Source of the DNA: Methanoregula sp.
GTDB lineage: Archaea > Halobacteriota > Methanomicrobia > Methanomicrobiales > Methanospirillaceae
DNA: 64,000 nt
Reading direction: 5' to 3'
Assembly: GCA_039698055.1 (NCBI GenBank)
Contig: JBDKTL010000030.1
Coordinates: 41,862 to 105,861, forward strand
Shown here: piece after piece, positions 48,383-58,889 of the stretch
Layout of the letters: every line of letters begins with the position of its first letter
Numbering within the stretch: position 1 is the first letter of the stretch
Program-made: the position numbers and the translations under genes
Notes under the pieces: model-generated
Told to the model about the DNA's origin: nothing
Database searches by the model: none
What the model saw: only the letters and a program-made list of their open reading frames with translations

Positions 48383-49433
48383 AGACCAGCTCCTCTTTCA
48401 GATTCTCAACAGGGAAATCCGCAGTCTTGCACCGGGAGATGATCCGTATGTTGGTGATCTCGTTGTACTTGGCCCAGAAGTACCCGATGACTGAGGCGAC
48501 ACTGAGCGGGTCGAGAAGAAATGCCCCCACACCTTTCCTGATGAGAAACCGTTCAAGCTCTTTCTCAATCGCCGAAATTTTTTGTGTCCGCATAACTGAT
48601 TCGGGGATTTCGGCAAGAAAACGGTACCTTGTCTCGGCTTGGGCTTTTATCACGTCCTCGATCGTGGGAAGGGAAAGCAGCATTATAAGATTTTTCTCGT
48701 CGAGCTCCTTGCCTCCTGGAAGAATATACCTTTGGGCATCCTCCGGGTCCACGTGGTCCCGGACCATCCGAAGCACCGTCCGTAGGTTCACGACATCGAT
48801 CTCTATGGAGAGAAGGTCGCGGATCAGTGTGGTATTATAGCCGGAATCTTTGACAGCAGCAAGGGCATCGGCATAATAGAAGCGGTCGAGCGCACTTTCG
48901 AGGATTGCAAGGTCTTTGGTCTTTGTAAATTCGGGGAATGCCTCCGTGAGGGGCTTCGCATAGCGGATCCTCCATGTCGCCAGCATGTCGATGACAGCCC
49001 TTACATCCGGCTGTCTGAGAAGCTCCCGGAAAGTTGCCTCGTCAAGTTCCCCGGCGGGCACAAGGCAATCTGCAATCTCCTCGGAGGTTGCATGGATATT
49101 CTTCCCGCGGAGGATCGTTTTGAGGTTCTGGATATCCCAGCGATGCAGGAATATCCGTATGTACTCCTCCGCTTCTGCCTCCTGTCGTGCAAAATTCTGG
49201 ATCTTCCGGAAGGTCCGGATGAAATTCTGCCGGAGGGCATATTCGATACAGAGGATTCCTGACAAATGGCCTTTTGCTTCGATGATATCGTCCCGGTACG
49301 GGCCATTCTCAAGGTCTGCGATGAGGGATTCGAGATCCGGTTTGAGGATCAGGTCATCAAGGGCCCGGTGGGAAAGAAGCCGGCTCTTCATTCCCCGCAT
49401 CCGTGCGTTGATATACCCGTAATCCATGGTCAC
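48375..49433 (-). CDS. atpC: V/A-type ATP synthase subunit C
   Basis: YGYINARMRGMKSRLL, WDIQNLKTILRG, EITNIRII. Confidence 0.92.
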   Translation of the reverse strand: MTMDYGYINARMRGMKSRLLSHRALDDLILKPDLESLIADLENGPYRDDIIEAKGHLSGILCIEYALRQNFIRTFRKIQNFARQEAEAEEYIRIFLHRWDIQNLKTILRGKNIHATSEEIADCLVPAGELDEATFRELLRQPDVRAVIDMLATWRIRYAKPLTEAFPEFTKTKDLAILESALDRFYYADALAAVKDSGYNTTLIRDLLSIEIDVVNLRTVLRMVRDHVDPEDAQRYILPGGKELDEKNLIMLLSLPTIEDVIKAQAETRYRFLAEIPESVMRTQKISAIEKELERFLIRKGVGAFLLDPLSVASVIGYFWAKYNEITNIRIISRCKTADFPVENLKEELVYV

Positions 49434-50014
49434 GCTCCGGCAAGGATTGCATGGATCTCTTTTCTTGAGCGTTCCCGGGCCCGCTGCAGCCGGGACTCGA
49501 TGGTGTTCGAAATAACGACAGAATCACCGGGCAGGTTCACCACTACGCCACCCGCGCTCGTGATGTCAGTCAGGATATCCGCGGAGATGCCGAGGGCGGC
49601 AAGGGACTTTTTGCAGAGATCCTCATCGCGCGGGTCCACGTGAACACTGAACGCTTCGCCACCTAGGGTGCTGGTTGCCTCCACAAGGAGTTTTTCAAAG
49701 ATGGCCGGGTATTTCGGGTCGAGCCGAATGTTTAAAAGCCGGGTCGCTGCTTCGTGGAAGGCTTTTTCAAATCCGGCCTCCCTGACCCTGATGAAAAGTT
49801 CCTTGTTCTCCACGTTGGTGAGATAAAGGAGTTTGTTTCGTTCAGTAGTGATGGATTTTTTTGCCTGGTCAATATGGGCCTGCCCGATCGCTTCAGCCTT
49901 CGTCCGTGCCCGCTTTTGGATCTCCTCTATAGTTGAGGCGGCCTTTTTCCGGAGTGCAAGCTCTTTCTCCTGCGCACTCTCCTCAACAGATCTCAAAAGA
50001 TCTTCGTAGGCCAT
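49430..50014 (-). CDS. atpE: V/A-type ATP synthase subunit E
   Basis: N-terminal coiled coil, GGVVV...SNTIESRL. Confidence 0.88.
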   Translation of the reverse strand: MAYEDLLRSVEESAQEKELALRKKAASTIEEIQKRARTKAEAIGQAHIDQAKKSITTERNKLLYLTNVENKELFIRVREAGFEKAFHEAATRLLNIRLDPKYPAIFEKLLVEATSTLGGEAFSVHVDPRDEDLCKKSLAALGISADILTDITSAGGVVVNLPGDSVVISNTIESRLQRARERSRKEIHAILAGA

Positions 50015-50084
50015 GCAATCACCAGAACTTACTTTCAGATAACAGGATACTCCCAAGAGAGGGCAGGGAGTTTTTTTTATGGCC

Positions 50085-50309
50085 TTATTCTACCAGGAGG
50101 ATGATCATCGCAGCGACAACGAAACCGAGAATGACAAGGGTCTCGGGAATCGCTTCCAGAATAATGATCGATCCCACCGTTTCAGGACGTTCGGCAATGG
50201 CCCCGGCTCCCGCTGCCCCAATCCGTGACTGGGCCCAGCCGGTTCCAATGGCACCGCCTGCAAAGGCAATGGCAGCTCCGACTGGGACCTCCCAACCTGC
50301 TACGCTCAT
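50085..50309 (-). CDS. atpK: V/A-type ATP synthase proteolipid subunit K (single hairpin)
   Basis: GTGWAQSRIGAAGAGAIAERPE...AIPETLVILGFVVA. Confidence 0.92.
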   Translation of the reverse strand: MSVAGWEVPVGAAIAFAGGAIGTGWAQSRIGAAGAGAIAERPETVGSIIILEAIPETLVILGFVVAAMIILLVE

Positions 50310-50385
50310 ATTTGGTACCTCCTAATGATACAACCTAACGAAGGTTCCCGTATATTAATCTATGGAGACTTCAAGAAGCGCGCCG

Positions 50386-50733
50386 TTAATGGGGAGGATT
50401 GTTGCTGGAACATTGTAACAGGATTGCTTCTGATGATCTGAATGTCTCATCGGTGAGGTGGTGCCGGGTTTCGAGGTCCTTGCTGAGCGCCACCAGTTCC
50501 CGTATATCCTGTCCGGTAAGGGTCGAAAAACAGTACTGGTGCCAGCGTTCATACGTAGTGTTCATCCATATCTCGGCAAGACATAACTTCAACGCTGCCC
50601 GTTCTTCTGAGGAAAGTGTGTCCCACTCGGATCCTACGGCATGCCGTATCCTCTCCAGCGCATGCTCAACTGCCTTTTCCCGGTGAAGTAAAAAGCGCCG
50701 TCTCCCCAGGTTATCCTCGTTTGGTGGGGGCAT
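50386..50733 (-). CDS. Hypothetical protein (paralogue A)
   Basis: LGRRRFLLHREKAVEHAL...W..L..EE; similar to the divergent neighbour. Confidence 0.7.
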   Translation of the reverse strand: MPPPNEDNLGRRRFLLHREKAVEHALERIRHAVGSEWDTLSSEERAALKLCLAEIWMNTTYERWHQYCFSTLTGQDIRELVALSKDLETRHHLTDETFRSSEAILLQCSSNNPPH

Positions 50734-50899
50734 ACAATTTTTTGAGAGTATACAGGTACCAGCTGATAAACTTACCTACCACAGAGTGAAATCTCATAGC
50801 CAGTCAAAAGTGTTGTTCCCGGTTTGCCGCAAAGTATATAGGCGGGCAGGAGGATTGACTCATCATCCCCCGCATGGAATGCGGGAGGGGGAATTTTTA

Positions 50900-51229
50900 A
50901 TGCCGGATGTAACGCAGGCGGAAATGGGCCGGCGGTTGTATCATGTCCACCGCGAAAAGCGGGTGGAATGGGCAATCAAGCTGATACATCAGGGCCTTGG
51001 CCCGGCATGGCAAACGCTTAAGGAAGAGGAGATCCTGCTCCTGGGACACCTGCTGCAGTGCACGTGGAACACCATTGACCAGAAGAAATGGGATGGGATA
51101 CCCTTTGCCACGGTCAACATGGACATGGTGCGGAAGATCATTTCATACGGGGAAGGGGTCAGCCCGGGCCACAACCCGGCGCCGGCAGTGGTCGCGGAGA
51201 TCAAGAATCTCCTTCTGTCGCTCAAATGA
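50900..51229 (+). CDS. Hypothetical protein (paralogue B)
   Basis: MGRRLYHVHREKRVEWAI...W..L.EEE; GGAGGGGG RBS before ATG 50900. Confidence 0.7.
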   Translation: MPDVTQAEMGRRLYHVHREKRVEWAIKLIHQGLGPAWQTLKEEEILLLGHLLQCTWNTIDQKKWDGIPFATVNMDMVRKIISYGEGVSPGHNPAPAVVAEIKNLLLSLK

Positions 51230-51310
51230 CCCCGCCCCTTTTTTTGTGCGGGAAATCTTCCGGTACAGGCCCAAGGGGAGACTTGTAGCCAAAGAGAGGA
51301 AGTGGAGGCC

Positions 51311-52474
51311 CTACTCCGTCGCCACATTTACGCAATCTTCGATCGTTCCAATCCGGGCCAATGCCCCGCACATATCCGGCACATAAGCAAGGGCTTTGCC
51401 GCTGTTTACCATAATTGCAGAGTACTTTTCCATCACCGGGGAAACAACCATGCAGGTATCGGCATAGACACGGGCACCCGTCCGTTCGATCGTTTCCACA
51501 AATCGCCGGTTCTGGTCTATGATACCCTGTGACGCAAAGACATAGAACGGCTTTGTCACGGTTTTTCCCGTCAGCAGCCGGGCAATCTCACCGAGTTCGG
51601 CCACAGAGCAGTGCGGACACCCGACAGCCACAGCGTCAACCGGGATATCTTTAAAGATTCCTGTAACATCTGCGGATTCAACAGGGATGGTTTCAAGGCC
51701 GGCGATAGTGTAGTGGTTGATCTTTGCTTCCGGCGTGACGTTCTCCACATGGTACAGTGCCACGGCACCCGTTGCCGCCATCGCCGCACCGATTGCTTTT
51801 AACTGGTCGGGCGCCGGGGAAATTCCCTTAAGATACGGGATCCGGTTACCTGCCAGTTTTCCCGTATAATATCCAAGTGCGCCATAATCGGCAATGCTCC
51901 AGCTCTTTGTGTCAGCATGAATGTCAACGACGACAGAGGGAAGCCGGTTTTTTGACAGGTGAAACCCGTAGCATGGCGTTTTCCCAATCAATGCCGCCGC
52001 AAGCGCGCTCGGCCCGCCTTCGCGGTTTGTCCGCGCCCCAATCACCGAGTTCGCATAACTGACGGCAGAGGATTCAGACCATGCGAGATGGTCGCCAAAC
52101 CGGGTTTCGTACAGGTAATAGGGCGTGCAGGTACAGTCAAGCCTTATACCGAGCCGCCCGTATGCATCGATGACGGCATTCTGGTTCTCTGCAAAACCGG
52201 GGTCCACACCCATCTCCTGCCAGCGCCCGCGTGGCATACCGATCGGGTTTAACACCGCTGGCACAACGGCCTTTGCATCAAGGCTCGCAAGCCATGCCAG
52301 ACCGTATTTGCCGATGGTCTTATACGACGCCCCACTTACCTGGGCACTTTTGATGGGAACCAGTCGCTCGGCACCAAAGACTTTGCCCAATGCAACGAGA
52401 AGCTCCAGCATCTTCTGCCGGGTCTCACCCTGTTCGCCGGCAAGGATCTGTTCGTCAAACGGATCGAGATGCAT
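51311..52474 (-). CDS. Aconitase X catalytic subunit / phosphomevalonate dehydratase large subunit
   Basis: SAQVSGASYKTIG, CTCTPY, WSESSAVSYANSVIGARTNREGG, GCPH, DTCMVVSP, NSGKA. Confidence 0.9.
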   Translation of the reverse strand: MHLDPFDEQILAGEQGETRQKMLELLVALGKVFGAERLVPIKSAQVSGASYKTIGKYGLAWLASLDAKAVVPAVLNPIGMPRGRWQEMGVDPGFAENQNAVIDAYGRLGIRLDCTCTPYYLYETRFGDHLAWSESSAVSYANSVIGARTNREGGPSALAAALIGKTPCYGFHLSKNRLPSVVVDIHADTKSWSIADYGALGYYTGKLAGNRIPYLKGISPAPDQLKAIGAAMAATGAVALYHVENVTPEAKINHYTIAGLETIPVESADVTGIFKDIPVDAVAVGCPHCSVAELGEIARLLTGKTVTKPFYVFASQGIIDQNRRFVETIERTGARVYADTCMVVSPVMEKYSAIMVNSGKALAYVPDMCGALARIGTIEDCVNVATE

Positions 52475-52479
52475 CGCGT

Positions 52480-53715
52480 TCACCAGGTGGCACGCCGGAA
52501 ATCGTCTTCGCGTCCGAGCACCATCGTGGCATCCACACCAACCTTCACGTTTGTGCCATCCGGTTTCTGGCAGGGGTCAAGTGACGAGCCCCGGACACCG
52601 GTGATAACGAGTATGTCCTCGTCACCGCTTACCCGGGTGGCAATCGCGTATTCCACTTCTTCGGAGTTCAGGGGATTAATGTCCTCATCGACAACAACCA
52701 CATGCTTGAGCGAGGTATGGGCGGCAAATGCGGCAAGGATTGCATTCTTCCCGTCGCCCTGCGTACTCTTTTTGATCTGGATAACCGCGTGAAGGTACCC
52801 GCACCCGCCTTTTGTCAGCACCACATTTTTTACTTCAGTAACACCGGCAACAGCCCGGTAGATCTTGGGTTCATAGGGAGCGCCCATCAGCATTTTATGC
52901 TCATCGCCGCCGGGCAGGATGCCATGATAGATGAATCCCGGTTTCGTGTATATACCGGTGAACTCGATCACCGGCTGGCGCCGTACCGGATCATACGTAC
53001 CGGTGATATCCACAAACGGTCCTTCATCAGTCCGTTCAGCGCCGATATATCCTTCAAGAACGATCTCCGCATCGGGAACAAGCACTCCGTTGCTGCATTC
53101 CTTTACCCGGATTTCACCGCCCATGAGCTCTGCCGCATAGGCGAGTTCCTTTCCGGTGGGAACCCGGGTGCAACTCGCAAATGTCACTGCCGGGTGCGAT
53201 CCAATTGTCACAGCAATCGGCAACCTCTCTCCTTGCGCGATCGCTTTTTGCAGCATAACATGAGTATGGCGGCCCTCCACCAGACGGGCGGCAACGCGAT
53301 GATCGTCAAGGACAAGCATCCGGTGGATTGAGGCGTTCTCCACCCCATCCCATTTCGAGAACACAATACCGGCCGTCAGGTACTTTCCCGCGTCTTTGGG
53401 GAAATGGTGCATGATGGGAAGACGGGACAGGTCGGGCTTTTCCATTACCAGCCGGCCATCAGGAATTACTTTCCCGTCAAACCGGGCATCAGCCAGTTTG
53501 TGCAGGAGCGTGTTCTCATCCATTCCCAGCGCAAGGGCAAGCGAATGCCGGTTTGCCGTGAGGTTCATCACCGCCCGGGCACCCCCGATCTGTGAAAAAT
53601 ACAGGACTTTGTCGGTACCTGCCGCCATCTTTGCAGCCTGCATATCCACAGAGCACGGCTCCTTCACATCTATGACGAGCCCTTCTTTGCGCATTTTCTC
53701 AATGAACTCACGCAT
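52480..53715 (-). CDS. UbiD-family decarboxylase (anhydromevalonate phosphate decarboxylase)
   Basis: NASIHR, EIVLEG, EGPFVDITGTYD, VVVVDEDI, GSSLDP, GVDAT; in operon with ubiX and acnX. Confidence 0.9.
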   Translation of the reverse strand: MREFIEKMRKEGLVIDVKEPCSVDMQAAKMAAGTDKVLYFSQIGGARAVMNLTANRHSLALALGMDENTLLHKLADARFDGKVIPDGRLVMEKPDLSRLPIMHHFPKDAGKYLTAGIVFSKWDGVENASIHRMLVLDDHRVAARLVEGRHTHVMLQKAIAQGERLPIAVTIGSHPAVTFASCTRVPTGKELAYAAELMGGEIRVKECSNGVLVPDAEIVLEGYIGAERTDEGPFVDITGTYDPVRRQPVIEFTGIYTKPGFIYHGILPGGDEHKMLMGAPYEPKIYRAVAGVTEVKNVVLTKGGCGYLHAVIQIKKSTQGDGKNAILAAFAAHTSLKHVVVVDEDINPLNSEEVEYAIATRVSGDEDILVITGVRGSSLDPCQKPDGTNVKVGVDATMVLGREDDFRRATW

Positions 53716-54262
53716 CGTAACCACTCCATCGTCCGGCAAGCGTATGTTCCACATTCAGGTGATCGAGCACACGGGCAACCACCATATCGACCATATCATC
53801 CACCGTTTTTGGCCGGTGATAGAAACCGGGGCACGCGGGCATGATGGTTGCACCGGCTTCCTGTGCAGCGAGCATGTTTTTAAGGTGGATTTTTGAGAGC
53901 GGCATCTCGCGGGTCACAAGTATGCATTTCCGCTGTTCCTTCAGGCACACATCGGCAGTGCGGGTAATCAGGTTATCGGCATATCCTGACGCGATCGCGG
54001 CCAGCGTCTTTGAGCTGCAGGGAATGATCACCATACCATCATGCCGGTGCGATCCGCTCGCTATCCCGGCGGCAATTTCATCGATGTCATGGTACGTCGC
54101 GGTAAAACCGGACAGGTTCACGCTTTCATGAGCGGCAATCTGCCCGGCAACATCCGAAATAATGAGGTGAACATTTGCATCCCTGCACAGCACCTCCAGC
54201 AGGCGCCGGGCATAGCAGATTCCGCTTGCACCCGTCACCCCGACTACAAATTCCTTTTTCAT
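53708..54262 (-). CDS. ubiX: Flavin prenyltransferase
   Basis: GVTGASG, ASGS, PCSSKTLAAIASG, RTADVCLKE, REMP, PGFYHRP. Confidence 0.93.
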   Translation of the reverse strand: MKKEFVVGVTGASGICYARRLLEVLCRDANVHLIISDVAGQIAAHESVNLSGFTATYHDIDEIAAGIASGSHRHDGMVIIPCSSKTLAAIASGYADNLITRTADVCLKEQRKCILVTREMPLSKIHLKNMLAAQEAGATIMPACPGFYHRPKTVDDMVDMVVARVLDHLNVEHTLAGRWSGYDA

Positions 54263-54543
54263 ATATGCCTCGCGCTCTCGTTATGGTACCAATGTCGGAG
54301 CCGGAGTTAAAAAGAGTTTATGGCAAAAAAAGGCTGGATATGCTGTTTTGGCTTGCCGTCTTTTTTTTTGGCGTTGATATTTCAGGATCACACTTTTTTA
54401 CCCGCTCACATAAAAACCGCATACAGGAATTCTCTTTTAAAACTGTGGCAGAACCGTATCTGACAAGTGGGGGGAGAAATCTGCCCGTAATCCAATATCT
54501 CTTGAGCGGGAGATGTCTCCACGTCAGAATAAAAAAAGTTTTT

Positions 54544-54987
54544 TTATTTTTTGAGCGGTGCAAAGAACCGGTATCGTACCTGCGCTTCCTCAACCTTCCT
54601 CGCATGGGAGGGGTTGAGATCCCTGCGGGCTTCAATCACCAGCCGGTTGAGAATATTGTGGAGCCGCAACGCATCAAACTCCTTATCTTTTGATTCGTTG
54701 AAAAAGTCCAGGAGGTCATTGACGCTTTTTAATACGCCGGAACTTGCAATAAGGTTCAACCGGTTCACGGTGAGCGCAAGACTCTTTTTCGCGATATCCA
54801 GTTTATACGTGTCCGTGCCGGCGAGGTTGATCTCGGTAATGGAATTCAGGAGATCGGTATATGCTTTGAGTTTGTAGGTACTCTCGTGCATCCTGCGCTC
54901 TGCGGAACGAAGCCTGAGCAGGCTCACGGCAATAATCAATACGACGATTACAACCCCGCAGGTTGCAACAATCCAGTCTTCAATCAT
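54544..54987 (-). CDS. Hypothetical protein with N-terminal TM anchor
   Basis: Hydrophobic N-terminus; directly downstream of the lipoprotein gene. Confidence 0.7.
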   Translation of the reverse strand: MIEDWIVATCGVVIVVLIIAVSLLRLRSAERRMHESTYKLKAYTDLLNSITEINLAGTDTYKLDIAKKSLALTVNRLNLIASSGVLKSVNDLLDFFNESKDKEFDALRLHNILNRLVIEARRDLNPSHARKVEEAQVRYRFFAPLKK

Positions 54988-54993
54988 GTTATA

Positions 54994-55467
54994 TCACGGG
55001 TTTCTTTTTGCGGCATTTACATCCACCTTGACCCGGTTTCCTTTCATCTCAATCTTGTAGGGGCCGGTCGTGTACATTGGGATCTGGTGGTCAAGTTCAA
55101 ACCCGTTATCCCTGCCATACCCATAGGTATCACTCTGCCCGGTGTCGATATTGGTGACGGTCATCACAAACCAGCAGTACTGCAGGTCGTCATTTAATGG
55201 CAACACCGTGAATTCAATGCCCCACGAGGGGTTATCCACCCGGAACTGCTCGGTAACCAGATCGTTTTCACTCTGGAAAGAATACGATTTCTGGAGATAG
55301 TGATCGCCCAGGGTAAACGAGGGCGTCTGAACCGTTGTTGTCCCGGTTGTTGGTGCAACTGTTGCCGGGGCCGGTGTTGTTGCGGGAGTGGCGGGGGCAC
55401 TGGTACAACCTCCTACAAGCACTGCGGCAAGAACGAGGGCAATGAGAACCATTAATAATTGTTTCAT
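54994..55467 (-). CDS. Putative lipoprotein with Thr/Pro linker
   Basis: Signal peptide LVGGC lipobox, TPATTPAPAT linker. Confidence 0.78.
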   Translation of the reverse strand: MKQLLMVLIALVLAAVLVGGCTSAPATPATTPAPATVAPTTGTTTVQTPSFTLGDHYLQKSYSFQSENDLVTEQFRVDNPSWGIEFTVLPLNDDLQYCWFVMTVTNIDTGQSDTYGYGRDNGFELDHQIPMYTTGPYKIEMKGNRVKVDVNAAKRNP

Positions 55468-55547
55468 ATGCGTGAGTGTATGAGGAGGGGGCTATTAGAA
55501 CTTTTTATTTTTTAAAAATCGGGAAATTCCTGATCGTCCGGGATTTT

Positions 55548-56747
55548 TTAAAATAGTGTGTCCTGCCGCGTTGGTTTTTTTACATGGAGTATCTCTGTTG
55601 CAGCCTCAGTAACCTTATCACGCAACTCCGGCAGCGTATAGACACCCAGGCGCCATTGCTCGCGCCGGGTCTCGTTGAGCATCCGGAGACGTGGCGAGAA
55701 CTCCACAAACCCTACCGTTGCATTTCGGTTCTTTACCATCACTTCCATGGACATGTCGTGCGGGAACGGGGGGATATCAACCAGGACTTCAGATGGGGCA
55801 CACCCGGCCTGTGCCGCAATTTCTTCTGCATAGGCGCGGGAACTCATAAGGGGGTCCGGGGATTGGAATGCCCCGTAGTTTACCTGATCCTGCGCGGCAT
55901 ATACCGCCCGCTTGTAGAGCCGCCGCTCGTAGATGCGCTGCATCATCTCCCGCGCTGGAGAACTTTTTGATGAAAGGAGCAGGTGCATACACGAGGTGTC
56001 GTCCCGGGCAAGAAGAGATTCAATGCTGCAGGCAGGATCAGCTGCGATATGATTGAGCATTGCCAGATGGAACATACATTCGCCGATCCGGCTCACATGA
56101 TGGAAGTACACGGTCGGTCGCATCAGCGTGCGGGCGATAAGCAGGGATTCTGCGGCATTCATCCCATTTTCCTCGAGCACGATGCCATCGTCTGTGCGGA
56201 GGATATTCCGTATAAGCCGGTGCGCATCAACCGTCCCGTAGGGTGCGCCGGTATAGTACGCGTCCCGGAGCAGGTAGTCCATCCTGTCCACGTCGAGATC
56301 CCCGTGGATTATGCCCGAAAGGGGGTGCGTGCCATTTACCACCGCACAGACATCGCCTGAATCAATGCCCTCCGAGCGCAGGAGGGAGCCAAGCCGTGTA
56401 TCGATAATATCGTCAATCTGGTCATGTGTGCGATGGAGCAGGGATTCCATGATCGGTTCGCTTGCATGAGAAAACGGCCCGTGCCCGATATCGTGAAGGA
56501 GCGCCGATGCAACTACGAGTTTCCGGTCATCGTCGGACAGTCCGAACCTCTTTGATGCGACATCCGCAAGATGCATCGTCCCCAGCGAATGTTCAAACCG
56601 GGTATGGTTTGCGCCAGGGTAGACCAGATACGAGAACCCCAGCTGCCGGACATAGCGGAGGCGCTGTAATACGGGGGAATCCAACAATGGCTGGATGAAC
56701 TCTTCCACTTCCACATAGCCATGGACCGGGTCTTTTATGATCTTCAC
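55548..56747 (-). CDS. HD-domain phosphohydrolase (dNTP triphosphohydrolase-like)
   Basis: DPVHG, QRLR..RQLG, HTRFEHSLG, LHDIGHGPFSH, DVDRMDYL.RD. Confidence 0.92.
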   Translation of the reverse strand: MKIIKDPVHGYVEVEEFIQPLLDSPVLQRLRYVRQLGFSYLVYPGANHTRFEHSLGTMHLADVASKRFGLSDDDRKLVVASALLHDIGHGPFSHASEPIMESLLHRTHDQIDDIIDTRLGSLLRSEGIDSGDVCAVVNGTHPLSGIIHGDLDVDRMDYLLRDAYYTGAPYGTVDAHRLIRNILRTDDGIVLEENGMNAAESLLIARTLMRPTVYFHHVSRIGECMFHLAMLNHIAADPACSIESLLARDDTSCMHLLLSSKSSPAREMMQRIYERRLYKRAVYAAQDQVNYGAFQSPDPLMSSRAYAEEIAAQAGCAPSEVLVDIPPFPHDMSMEVMVKNRNATVGFVEFSPRLRMLNETRREQWRLGVYTLPELRDKVTEAATEILHVKKPTRQDTLF

Positions 56748-56794
56748 AGGTTCACTAAAGAATCTTCATATAGCCAGCATAAAAGTATTGAGTA

Positions 56795-57697
56795 ATGATC
56801 ACGTTCCTTTCGGGTGGAACCGGCACCCCAAAACTCCTGCGCGGCATGCAGAAAGTGATGGACCGTCATGAGATATCCGTGGTGGTGAACACGGCCGAGG
56901 ACATCTGGATTTCCGGCAACCACATTTCTCCCGATCTCGATACCGTCATGTATCTCTTTTCCGGCGTGCTGAACACTGACACATGGTGGGGTCTCCGCGA
57001 CGATACTTTTACAACGCACGAAGAGATCGAAAAACTCGGTATTGAAGAGTTCATAACCATCGGCGATCGTGACCGGGCCGTGCACATCGCCAGAGGAAAA
57101 ATGCTCCGGGAAGGGATGCGGCTGACAAATGCCACAAAAAACCTGTGTGACCGGTTCGGTGTCCGGGAAAATGTGCTGCCGATGACCGATGCTGAGGTAA
57201 CAACACGGATAAAAACAGATATCGGCCTGATCCATTACCAGGACTACTGGATCCGTGCCCGGGGAAACCTTGAGATCCGGGAGGTCGTGCGCTGTTCGGC
57301 AGAACCGCCACAGACAACCGAAGAAGTGCTACAAGCAGTTGAGGCCAGTGACGTCGTGGTCATCGGTCCGTCAAACCCTATCACAAGTATCACTCCCATT
57401 CTTGAATGCGGCGGGCTTAAAAAGGCGCTCGCGGACCGGTATGTTATCGCCGTCAGCCCGTTTATCGGAAACGCTCCGGTAAGCGGCCCTGCCGCAGCGT
57501 TGATGAGGGCGTCAGGATTTGAGCCGACTTCAAAGGGCACTCTCGACTGCTATGGGGATCTTGTCAATCTCTTTGTCCATGATATCCGTGATCCGGTCGA
57601 TGTCTGCGATGCGGTGCGGCTTGACACACTGATGACAACCGAAGCAAAGAGCATCGAACTTGCCAGGGAGATCCTTCATCTGGCCGTGGTCAGCTGA
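56795..57697 (+). CDS. cofD: 2-phospho-L-lactate transferase (F420 biosynthesis)
   Basis: [44 protein letters not shown]. Confidence 0.95.
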   Translation: MITFLSGGTGTPKLLRGMQKVMDRHEISVVVNTAEDIWISGNHISPDLDTVMYLFSGVLNTDTWWGLRDDTFTTHEEIEKLGIEEFITIGDRDRAVHIARGKMLREGMRLTNATKNLCDRFGVRENVLPMTDAEVTTRIKTDIGLIHYQDYWIRARGNLEIREVVRCSAEPPQTTEEVLQAVEASDVVVIGPSNPITSITPILECGGLKKALADRYVIAVSPFIGNAPVSGPAAALMRASGFEPTSKGTLDCYGDLVNLFVHDIRDPVDVCDAVRLDTLMTTEAKSIELAREILHLAVVS

Positions 57698-57792
57698 TGC
57701 TGCAGCATCGCCCGTCATGGTTAGACATATTTTTTGGAAACCTATATATCGCTCTGCAATAACGGTTATCGTGAGAAACCAGGGAAGGAAAA

Positions 57793-58722
57793 ATGTACCG
57801 TAATATCGCTATTTGCATACTCGTATTGACAGCGGTGTCTGCAGGGTGCATGACAAACCCGGTTACAGAGAAAGGAACTCTCTACCTGACGTCGTCACCC
57901 CAGGGCGCAGAAGTATATCTCGATAATCAGTATCAGGGGAGCACGCCAGTCACGATTCCTAATGTGGAGCCGGGAAACCACACGCTGGAATACCGATCTT
58001 CCGGGTACATGAGCTGGTCAGCAATGATCACGGTAACACCAGGCACGTCCCAGATTTTTGCCGCACTTGCGCCAGGCACGGCAGGCCAGCAGTCTTCCGG
58101 GGACGGTACAATCTCTCCACAGGCAACCACTTCATCGACAGCTGCATCCTCAGTGGTGACCGTTCAGGCAGGCAGGGATGTGATGATCATCGGTAACTCC
58201 CAGATATTCTCCGGCTCCTGCAATGGATGCAGTGGCGTGAATCTGGTCCTTTTTGGACCGGGGTATTACACCAATGGCGTGCAGCTCGCCCAGGTGAAAC
58301 CCGATCAGATTGGATCGTGGAGTTACACGTGGAACCCGGGATCGTCCGTCCTGTCGGGCTCGTATACCCTGGTGGCCACAGATACGCAGAAAACCAGCAC
58401 CGACCGGGCGCAGTTTGCAGTCATCGGTGGAGGAATCGTAACGGTTGCTTCGAGCAGCTATTCTGCATCGAGTGGCAATGTTCTGACATTCTCAGGACAA
58501 TGCACCACCGGCGCCCCGAGCGTTCACCTTGTGCTCTCCGGGCCTGACCGTTTTTCAAACGGTGCCGACCTAGGATCGGTGTCCGTGATGGCAGATAAAA
58601 CATGGAAATTCAAATATACGATTGATACAACCATGCCGGCAGGTATCTACACGATGACTGCCTACGATGTTCCAAGGACAACATCGGGAACAGCCCAATT
58701 CACCGTGGGTTTTAACTCTTGA
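57793..58722 (+). CDS. PEGA-domain lipoprotein with two Ig-like repeats
   Basis: SAGC lipobox; SSPQGAEVYLD..YQGSTP PEGA; duplicated FSG.C...V.LVL.GP modules. Confidence 0.85.
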   Translation: MYRNIAICILVLTAVSAGCMTNPVTEKGTLYLTSSPQGAEVYLDNQYQGSTPVTIPNVEPGNHTLEYRSSGYMSWSAMITVTPGTSQIFAALAPGTAGQQSSGDGTISPQATTSSTAASSVVTVQAGRDVMIIGNSQIFSGSCNGCSGVNLVLFGPGYYTNGVQLAQVKPDQIGSWSYTWNPGSSVLSGSYTLVATDTQKTSTDRAQFAVIGGGIVTVASSSYSASSGNVLTFSGQCTTGAPSVHLVLSGPDRFSNGADLGSVSVMADKTWKFKYTIDTTMPAGIYTMTAYDVPRTTSGTAQFTVGFNS

Positions 58723-58889
58723 AACGATGATTGGGCAGGCCAATCCGGTCTTTTTTTTTTAAATTCATAAAAGATAAAAACCGGTCGAAATGCTGGTTGA
58801 TCCTGTTAAAAGGGACGAACTGGCGCAGCACCGGTACCCGATACCTATTTGAAGGATTTTATACCAATACTCCCTATTGGAGTTAATCT

